64,000 bases of DNA from an uncultured Candidatus Bathyarchaeia archaeon (lineage in GTDB: Archaea > Thermoproteota > Bathyarchaeia > 40CM-2-53-6 > DTGE01). Positions 57,733-64,000 of this stretch are shown here, piece by piece. The stretch's first letter is position 1; every line of letters starts with the position of its first letter. The translations under genes and the position numbers were made by a program. Below the pieces are notes generated by a model that worked only from the letters and a program-made list of their open reading frames with translations, searched no databases and had not been told where the DNA came from. The DNA lies in NCBI GenBank assembly GCA_964489085.1, contig CAZAXO010000001.1, forward strand, positions 1,483 through 65,482. Direction: 5' to 3'.

Positions 57733-58059
57733 TTAGTTTATAAATAAATGATATATATTCTTATTTCCTTTCTTAGATTTTAAAACTTTTTCTCTTCCTA
57801 CTTTGGAGCCGGTTCTACATGAATATACTTTTATTACATTGTTTAAATGTTTTTTATTATAGAGAGATCCACAATAAATTCCATATTTAGAATATTTTTT
57901 TTTTGTTCCAACGCCATATATGAAATATTCGTTATCATACTCGTCTGCTTGTAAGATGATTTCTTTTTTGAGTTCCTTTAACGATATTTTTTTTTGTCGT
58001 TTGAGTATCTTTTGTCTATCTTCTTCTTTATTTTTTATTACCTCTTTTATGGTTCCCAA
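57733..58059 (-). CDS. hypothetical basic protein
   Basis: 108-aa Lys-rich ORF. Confidence 0.3.
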   Translation of the reverse strand: MGTIKEVIKNKEEDRQKILKRQKKISLKELKKEIILQADEYDNEYFIYGVGTKKKYSKYGIYCGSLYNKKHLNNVIKVYSCRTGSKVGREKVLKSKKGNKNIYHLFIN

Positions 58060-58271
58060 GTTCCATCATCGGATAGGTTACTTATATTGTCAGCTCTATT
58101 GCAGAGATGCTCTAATAGATTGTTAATTCTTTTATTTAGTTTAATTATTTGTTCAACGATATTTTTATCTCGTTTATATTTAAATACTTTCTTAAGTATT
58201 CTAAATGAACTATTTAAATCCACGCTTTGTGTTGTTGCTCTTATTATAAACTTCTGAGCACTTCTTACCAT
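58047..58271 (-). CDS. small protein, paralog of 33575..33796
   Basis: FKYKRDKNIV...DDGTWEP. Confidence 0.35.
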   Translation of the reverse strand: MVRSAQKFIIRATTQSVDLNSSFRILKKVFKYKRDKNIVEQIIKLNKRINNLLEHLCNRADNISNLSDDGTWEP

Positions 58272-58370
58272 AGTGAAATATTCTCCATTGGTTAATTACT
58301 TTTTTGTAGGAATTCTATTATATTAATAATACTGGGGATTATATATAAAACTTTTTGATTTCCTGTTCTG

Positions 58371-58494
58371 AGAATTCCAATGTACTCCCCCTACCTTCCC
58401 TTTTTTTAGGGTAGTATTACTCCGGTTGTATACGTAAATGTAGAGTGTCAGCGACCAGAGTCAGTACCCGTCAGTAAATGTACATTGGAATTCT
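58371..58494. repeat. 15-bp perfect inverted repeat (AGAATTCCAATGTAC / GTACATTGGAATTCT) flanking a 94-bp GC-richer core
   Basis: Arms at 58371..58385 and 58480..58494. The core contains the CCCTA..TAGGG hairpin and three GTCAG repeats. It lies in a 545-bp ORF-free region. Confidence 0.5.
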
Positions 58495-58816
58495 TGAGAT
58501 TATCTATTTTTTTATAAATATGAACACACATTAATCTTATAGCGTGATTGTCATATCGATCGTGAAACTACTTCTCAAATTATTACTATATAATTTTGCG
58601 GGAAAAAATTATAATGTTATAATTTTCTGTATGTATATATATTATAGTAATATATTACATTATTGATATTATTATGATAGAAATAGTTGGGGTATGTACT
58701 GTCATCTATATAACGGTGGTATATAGACTATAATCCTATAATTATAAGGTTATAATTTATGGTTACAATAAAAAAAATATAATTGAGAATAAATAAGTTA
58801 TATCTTTAGTAGAAAA

Positions 58817-59122
58817 TTATTCTAATCTCCAATCTCCGGTAAACTCTACGTTATCTTCGATAAAATCAGGACATTCAAAATAATATTTATGTTCTTCGTT
58901 GGTTAATATCCATATTTTTTCTTCTACTTTAAATAGAAATTTTGGAAATCTTGTTACTCTTGGATTTTTTAGTGTTGATATGAGTTTTCTTTTATTTTTT
59001 ATACGTTTTATGTTATAATTTTCTAATACTAGTTTTCCACCGTATCCATACTCTTTTGCTTTTAGAATTAATAATTCCTTTAACTCTTCCTCTAATTTTG
59101 TTAATTGAGACATTTTATTCAC
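58817..59122 (-). CDS. small protein of the C-terminal (F/Y)TGDW family
   Basis: Ends in VEFTGDWRLE. Confidence 0.35.
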   Translation of the reverse strand: MNKMSQLTKLEEELKELLILKAKEYGYGGKLVLENYNIKRIKNKRKLISTLKNPRVTRFPKFLFKVEEKIWILTNEEHKYYFECPDFIEDNVEFTGDWRLE

Positions 59123-59571
59123 CTAATATCTATCCATCCACTTCCCAAACAATTTGGACATAATCTTTTTCCTTCTCCATTTGAATCTATAAAACCCTTT
59201 TCGGGGATTAGTCCCTTACCATCACATACAGGACAAGAAGGATCGAATTTTACAATTATACCTCCTTTATTTAATAATTTATAAATCTCATTTTGTATTC
59301 TATTGTAACTTATTTCAAACATATGATAACTAGCAAGAATACCATCGAAGTGGAAATGATAATCTAGATGTATGTCTCTTCCGGTGATATATTTACTACA
59401 ATCTTGTACCATCACTTTATCTTTACATGAAAATTTTCTTATTTCTTTTGCTACCATTTCTATTGGTTCCAATAGATCCCCTAATTTCTCTATTGCAGAG
59501 ACCAATAATTTTTTGTTTAACTTATTTTCTTTCGAAAGTTTACTCTTTAGTTTCGTTATCACAAGATTCAT
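59119..59571 (-). CDS. protein with C-terminal CxxCxGxG zinc-finger repeats
   Basis: CPVCDGKG...CPNCLGSG, a DnaJ-type zinc-finger pattern. Confidence 0.35.
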   Translation of the reverse strand: MNLVITKLKSKLSKENKLNKKLLVSAIEKLGDLLEPIEMVAKEIRKFSCKDKVMVQDCSKYITGRDIHLDYHFHFDGILASYHMFEISYNRIQNEIYKLLNKGGIIVKFDPSCPVCDGKGLIPEKGFIDSNGEGKRLCPNCLGSGWIDIR

Positions 59572-59858
59572 CTGACTCTAGTATTATAACATAAATAAGA
59601 AGTGATGCCATTAGGATCGACATTAATATATGTTGTATATTGGACATTATTGTATGCCATTCTATTGATTTGTCATATCCAAAAAATATAGTAACCGATC
59701 CTACAATAAAAAGACATACGAGTATTGCCAATGTAAACGAAAGATGTATTATAGGTGTTATCTCAATTTTCTCCGTTATTCATCAAATCCGTATTGTTTT
59801 GGATTTTTTATTTTTCTTATTGTGTTTTTCGCCTTTTCTTTATCCAATTTCATAATTT

Positions 59859-60140
59859 TTACCTTTTATAGATTCTCCATTTACCTGTGAAATATAGGTG
59901 ATCTTCTATTTTTTCTTCTTGTACTATCGATGTCAGTCCGACCGGAGATAATATTTGAAATGTAGAAGGATATAACGCGTATATAAAGACAACTCGTTTA
60001 CTTTTTCTCCATTTATCTTCTAGAAATTCAAGTAACTTCTTTTTATCCTTTAGTTTCTTGAAATCTTCGTTAGATAATGGACAACCGTGTCTATCTTCCA
60101 ATAATCCCTTTATTCTTTCATCTAAACTAGATAAACTCAT
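59859..60140 (-). CDS. small protein of the C-terminal (F/Y)TGDW family
   Basis: Ends in LYFTGKWRIYKR. Confidence 0.3.
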   Translation of the reverse strand: MSLSSLDERIKGLLEDRHGCPLSNEDFKKLKDKKKLLEFLEDKWRKSKRVVFIYALYPSTFQILSPVGLTSIVQEEKIEDHLYFTGKWRIYKR

Positions 60141-61129
60141 ATTAACACCGATTGTATTTTATATTTTTTCTTTTTGAAATATTTATGATCAAAATATTCA
60201 ACACCGTTAATTATTTTTATTCCGATTTTACATAAATACATTATTTTCTTTAATAATTTTCCATTTATAAACTCTATTTTTTCAAATATACCACTTTCTA
60301 TAAAGAAATCTATTTCTCCTTTTGTAAACTTACCATTTGTAACAATATATCCTTTGTTAATTTTGAGTTCATTCATCAATATTTTAAATCCAAATTCGTT
60401 TATATTCCCATTTGGTACTGTATTTTCTGGGTTACCTTTGTGTTTTGCTTCTACCAAGAATGTCAAAGTTTCACTAACACCTTTTATTTTGAATATTCCA
60501 TCTGCGTTTAGTCCTGTACCTGCTGGTTTTATATAAACTATATCACAGTTTTTTAAGATAGTCCAAGATCCACGTAATGCAGTAAGAGATAGATGTTCAA
60601 ACTCTGTTGAACTCATATTTAATATATATGGATCTACAAATATAGAATAATCTTGTTCAGATTTCAATTTACTATTACCCTTCTGTATTCTGTAACTCTT
60701 AGTCAGGTCTATTATTGTAGTATTAAGAATAATATCTCCATATTTTTGTCTGTATGGATCATCCTTAGGGTATTTATGTAAGTTAAATCGTCTATATTTT
60801 TCAAATTCCCTTTTTAATGTATTATTATATAACATACGTCCTTTATTAAATACCATAAAATCTCTTAAAAGTGGAGTTATTTTATATGTCGACTCAGCTA
60901 TCCTTATGGCAAACCCAAAAGGTATAAGATAGTCTTCGAATGATTTCCTTGTTCTATATTCATACCTTGGTTTTATATCTCCACCATTTAATATCTTTTG
61001 CTCTTCTTTTGTTATATCAAATCTCTTTATAATTGCCTTTAATAATTTATCTTTATGAAAACTTTTATTTTCATATTTATATAATGATTTACAAAAAAAT
61101 AAGGTTATATCTAATATTCTTGGTATCAT
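60137..61129 (-). CDS. putative PD-(D/E)xK nuclease-fold protein
   Basis: NADGIF...LTFLVEAKHKG resembles the D...(E/D)xK restriction-endonuclease-like core. Length 330 aa. Confidence 0.3.
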   Translation of the reverse strand: MIPRILDITLFFCKSLYKYENKSFHKDKLLKAIIKRFDITKEEQKILNGGDIKPRYEYRTRKSFEDYLIPFGFAIRIAESTYKITPLLRDFMVFNKGRMLYNNTLKREFEKYRRFNLHKYPKDDPYRQKYGDIILNTTIIDLTKSYRIQKGNSKLKSEQDYSIFVDPYILNMSSTEFEHLSLTALRGSWTILKNCDIVYIKPAGTGLNADGIFKIKGVSETLTFLVEAKHKGNPENTVPNGNINEFGFKILMNELKINKGYIVTNGKFTKGEIDFFIESGIFEKIEFINGKLLKKIMYLCKIGIKIINGVEYFDHKYFKKKKYKIQSVLI

Positions 61130-61130
61130 T

Positions 61131-61703
61131 TTAATTTATTCCTAACTTTTTCATATTTGTTTGTACTGTGGAGTCAGAACTACCTGATAAACAACTTTTA
61201 CATATTATATACATAGTATTTTCTACTACGTTATATGCTCCACTTATTTCTCCTACCGACTCAAATTCTATTATTTCACCACATCTACAACAGCTTGTAA
61301 CTACGCGTATATTTTTATGTCTTTTTGCTTCTATTATTTCTGATGGACATATTGCTTCGTCAGCACCAGTTATTACGTGTTTATAATACGGTTTGTTGCA
61401 TTTTGGACATATATCATTTAATTTGTATTTACCCACTGTATCAGAGATAGGATTATAGATGTAGAGTTCAAGTGCATCTAATAACTCTTTATTATATTTG
61501 TCTTCTAGTTCTTTTATGGTAGATTCCATAAATGATTTACTAAAGAAATCATACCCATCTAGAGCTCTATTTAAAAGTTTTGACATTGTATCCTTTAGAG
61601 CATCCAATTTACCATATATGGTAGTAAAATTTACTCTTATTGTATTATTTACCAGATTTAATATTTTTGTTTCGAATTCTTCTAAGTTATTCATATTTCT
61701 CAC
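61131..61703 (-). CDS. Cys-rich zinc-binding protein
   Basis: CPKCNKPYY...CPSE...CCRCGE...CKSC. Confidence 0.35.
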   Translation of the reverse strand: MRNMNNLEEFETKILNLVNNTIRVNFTTIYGKLDALKDTMSKLLNRALDGYDFFSKSFMESTIKELEDKYNKELLDALELYIYNPISDTVGKYKLNDICPKCNKPYYKHVITGADEAICPSEIIEAKRHKNIRVVTSCCRCGEIIEFESVGEISGAYNVVENTMYIICKSCLSGSSDSTVQTNMKKLGIN

Positions 61704-61884
61704 TTAATTTTTTGGTTATATATCTACAATGTATGTTTACGTTATTTATAACATTATTACGTTTCATCTACTTTCATAATTGTAAACTTTAACATTGTAA
61801 AATTTTTTATAATTTTTAAATAAATTTCCAAAAATATAAATTTTGATTTTTTCATCTAATTCCTGTAGAACTACTTTTTATGGT

Positions 61885-62035
61885 ATTATGAAAAAACATA
61901 ATATATTATGGAATTTCATAATATTTATAAGGTAAAATTATGTTTTTTCATAATATATTTAAATCAGTATTATGTAAACTCATAATATTTATAAATTGAT
62001 ATTATGTAAGAACATAATATTTAAATATGTTAATT
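61885..62035. promoter_or_regulatory. array of about five palindromic CATAATAT / ATATTATG iterons in a divergent intergenic region
   Basis: Elements seen: cataatatattatg (a perfect 14-bp palindrome), attatg-N6-cataatat, tattatg-N6-cataatat and atattatg-N6-cataatat. The region lies between minus-strand and plus-strand gene blocks. Confidence 0.5.
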
Positions 62036-62075
62036 GTTTATATTTATATAAAAATAAAAAAATTTGGAGGTCAAA

Positions 62076-62336
62076 ATGTTAACCATTAATGATGAGTTGA
62101 TAACTCAAGAAGAATTATCTAAATTATATGAAACATCTATATCTTATTTTAAGGAATTATATCCAGATTCCTTTAAACCATGTTTAATGGTTTGTACATG
62201 GCTTAGTGGAAATTTTCCGGTTTTTTGTGTTGAAAAAAGTAAATTGGAGGAATCTGTTGAGTTTAATTCGTTGTGTAGTATGTGTTGTGAAAGAGAATGG
62301 TGCTTTAGAAATGATCACTCTGAGGAGGACACATAA
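62076..62336 (+). CDS. small Cys-rich protein (C..WCF..H..EE family)
   Basis: A GGAGGT Shine-Dalgarno site lies 5 nt upstream of the ATG at 62076. The tracked ORF starting at 62064 begins with TTG. The protein ends in CCEREWCFRNDHSEEDT. Confidence 0.45.
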   Translation: MLTINDELITQEELSKLYETSISYFKELYPDSFKPCLMVCTWLSGNFPVFCVEKSKLEESVEFNSLCSMCCEREWCFRNDHSEEDT

Positions 62337-62339
62337 CTT

Positions 62340-62474
62340 ATGAGACAAGTATACAACTGTGGAAATTGTAATTATCGTCCTACTTGTGAAAAGGAAGGTG
62401 TGAATAAAGATGCCGACTGTCGCAAAGAAAACTGGTGTTTCGAGCACAGTCATTTTGAGGAGGGAGATCCATGA
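62340..62474 (+). CDS. small Cys-rich protein, paralog of preceding gene C-terminus
   Basis: 44 aa, MRQVYNCGNCNYRPTCEKEGVNKDADCRKENWCFEHSHFEEGDP. It is below the ORF-track cutoff. Confidence 0.3.
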   Translation: MRQVYNCGNCNYRPTCEKEGVNKDADCRKENWCFEHSHFEEGDP

Positions 62475-62623
62475 ACCAAGCTACTTATGAAACGAAAAAG
62501 AAGGAAGCAACCGATTTCTTTCAAAGAATATATAAAAACTTAGATCCAGCGGATATAGAAGTTTATTGGTTAGGTGGAGGTATACCTATTTTTTATATAG
62601 ATACTAATAAATACAAGTTCTAG
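62471..62623 (+). CDS. hypothetical small protein
   Basis: 50-aa ORF whose start overlaps the stop of the previous gene (ATGA). Confidence 0.25.
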   Translation: MNQATYETKKKEATDFFQRIYKNLDPADIEVYWLGGGIPIFYIDTNKYKF

Positions 62624-62627
62624 AGAA

Positions 62628-62804
62628 ATGAATCATAAAGAAATAATGGATAGGATGTTAGAAATTCAAAACAAATATAATAACAATTCTGATTTATTTC
62701 AACAAGATAAGGAGTTTATAGAACTGGCTGGTAAATTGAAATATACCAAAAGAAAACGAGTTTCTATAAATAAAATAATAATAGAGGAAAATAAAAATGA
62801 GTGA
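62628..62804 (+). CDS. hypothetical small protein
   Basis: 58-aa ORF overlapping the next start. Confidence 0.25.
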   Translation: MNHKEIMDRMLEIQNKYNNNSDLFQQDKEFIELAGKLKYTKRKRVSINKIIIEENKNE

Positions 62805-62991
62805 AGAAGATTCAGCATATGAAATTGTTGAAATAATAGAATATGGAAATGGTGTTTGTTCACACTGTGAATTATGGTCTAGAGGTAGTATATATGAGGT
62901 TACGGTTAAAAACAAATATAATTGTGATATACATCGTATCTGTTACGGTTGTTTTGAATGGTTATACAAGCATTATAAATTAAAATATTAA
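62797..62991 (+). CDS. small Cys-rich zinc-binding protein
   Basis: CSHCELW...CDIHRICYGCFEW. Confidence 0.4.
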   Translation: MSEEDSAYEIVEIIEYGNGVCSHCELWSRGSIYEVTVKNKYNCDIHRICYGCFEWLYKHYKLKY

Positions 62992-63003
62992 GGAGGTGAT
63001 AAG

Positions 63004-63198
63004 ATGACTTACTTTGGAGATTGTCGTGACCTACACTATGCTGAATCTGATTTCAGTGGAGGTAAATGTACACACCTGGTTCATGATACGGGTAAATGTG
63101 TATTTGGTCACGTCAAATGCTCAGGAAAAAGAGCTTGTATAGACAGGGTACATAAAATGTATCCTGATGTCTATGGTGAAAAATGTCCATATTATTAA
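63004..63198 (+). CDS. small Cys-rich zinc-binding protein
   Basis: A strong AAGGAGGTGAT Shine-Dalgarno site precedes the ATG. The protein has eight Cys. Confidence 0.45.
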   Translation: MTYFGDCRDLHYAESDFSGGKCTHLVHDTGKCVFGHVKCSGKRACIDRVHKMYPDVYGEKCPYY

Positions 63199-63281
63199 TC
63201 TTTTTGTTTTTATTGTAAGTGTGTTCTAACTTATAGAACACCAATAAAAAACATAAAAAATAAAAAAAAGTTGACGATAAG

Positions 63282-63491
63282 ATGTTGTGTGCAGTCTATA
63301 TAAAGATAGGAGATTCGGATTATAATAGGCTTAATATAAAAAGTGAACTCATAAAAAAGACTCAGCATATACTAACTGATACTATAGGAAAGGCTGTGTT
63401 TATAGAAAATCCAATAATTTACAAAGACGAAGATAGTACCGAAGAAATAATTTACAATAGTGATAATAATATGTTTATAACTTCAAGTTAA
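63282..63491 (+). CDS. hypothetical small protein
   Basis: 69-aa ORF. Confidence 0.3.
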   Translation: MLCAVYIKIGDSDYNRLNIKSELIKKTQHILTDTIGKAVFIENPIIYKDEDSTEEIIYNSDNNMFITSS

Positions 63492-63528
63492 TATTATTTA
63501 TTTCGAATATGGAGATGGTGTAGAAATT

Positions 63529-63813
63529 ATGGGTGAATTAGATATTGTTGATGATACAATAGCCAGACTTGAGAATGAGCTTCATGTGGAATCAAATAGG
63601 AGGATGAATATCTTCGTAGATGATACTGTAAAGGGCAATACTGGTACTTATAGGTTTAGACAATGCTGTGATTGTTGTGAGTGGTTGGAAAAGGAGCTTG
63701 AGTATATGCATATTTTCAAAAATTTGGTGGATCCCAATGGTGATAAAAGAATAAAGAAGGTATATAATAGGTATATTAAGAAGCAGAGGAAGATATTAAA
63801 TGATACTAGATGA
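63529..63813 (+). CDS. hypothetical protein (CCDCCEW motif)
   Basis: A GGAGATGGTG Shine-Dalgarno-like site lies upstream. Length 94 aa. Confidence 0.35.
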   Translation: MGELDIVDDTIARLENELHVESNRRMNIFVDDTVKGNTGTYRFRQCCDCCEWLEKELEYMHIFKNLVDPNGDKRIKKVYNRYIKKQRKILNDTR

Positions 63814-64000
63814 TATAATTGACTTGTTGAGTAAAGAAGATTTAACTGCTATTGAGGTAGCAGAGAAATTAGGTATTGATTATAACAGGGCTTCTTCCTA
63901 TATAAATACTTTATATAAACGTGGGAAAGTTACTAAAATAGATAAGGATATGCCGTGTGTCTATAGGGCTATAACACCATTATTTTTGCTTGGTAAACTT
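63800..64000 (+). CDS. winged-helix (HTH) DNA-binding protein, partial at window edge
   Basis: LTAIEVAEKLGIDYNRASSYINTLYKRGKV is HTH-like. The ORF is open to the end of the window. Confidence 0.35.
   Translation, partial: MILDDIIDLLSKEDLTAIEVAEKLGIDYNRASSYINTLYKRGKVTKIDKDMPCVYRAITPLFLLGKL

Noticed and set aside
61885-62035. Possible CRISPR array suggested by the repeated CATAATAT elements
   Set aside because: The repeats are only 8-14 bp, palindromic and irregularly spaced, with no uniform repeat-spacer periodicity. They are iteron-like, not CRISPR.
62064-62075. TTG start for ORF 62064..62336 as given in the ORF track
   Set aside because: The GGAGGT ribosome-binding site overlaps these codons, and a correctly spaced ATG at 62076 is the likely start.
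1-64000. Eukaryotic giant-virus (NCLDV) origin
   Set aside because: Strong Shine-Dalgarno sites, 4-nt start/stop overlaps and operon organisation indicate prokaryotic-type translation. No NCLDV hallmark genes were recognised.

Overview
This window is strongly AT-rich and gene-dense, with short intergenic regions and many 4-nt stop/start overlaps that indicate operon-style translation. Coding is on the minus strand from about 0.2 to 45.4 kb, on the plus strand from 45.7 to 50.2 kb, on the minus strand again from 50.4 to 61.7 kb, and on the plus strand from 62.0 kb to the end of the window.

The content looks like a segment of a large dsDNA virus or other mobile element of an archaeal host, or an archaeal-like accessory region. 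The evidence for that reading:
- Archaeo-eukaryotic replication, repair and transcription genes are present: family-B DNA polymerase, an RFC small-subunit clamp loader, a candidate sliding clamp, FEN-1, an AEP primase, a Hef-like SF2 helicase with a separate ERCC4 nuclease, a family-4 UDG, a Cas4-like nuclease, a TFIIB-like factor and a singlet histone-fold protein.
- Gene expression signals are prokaryotic, with Shine-Dalgarno GGAGGT sites, overlapping start/stop codons and TATA-like promoters.
- No ribosomal, tRNA-synthetase or central-metabolism genes appear in 64 kb.
- Tandem arrays of small paralogous genes lie at 52.5-58 kb.

The most notable system is a 7-deazaguanine (preQ0-type) DNA-modification cluster at 18.9-26.5 kb, comprising a DpdA-like transglycosylase, QueC, FolE, QueE and QueD. 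A glycosyltransferase, a radical-SAM/SPASM enzyme with a translationally coupled 37-aa ORF, and a small membrane protein are embedded in that cluster. This arrangement suggests a possibly new hypermodification step.

Other noteworthy items:
- a GHKL ATPase fused to an HExxH motif;
- a pentapeptide-repeat (DNA-mimic-like) protein;
- a tRNA-like 3-prime minihelix abutting the polB start codon;
- a duplicated 38-bp promoter-like element;
- palindrome and iteron-rich strand-switch regions.

All functional calls come from motifs recognised by eye in the translated ORFs. No database searches were possible.
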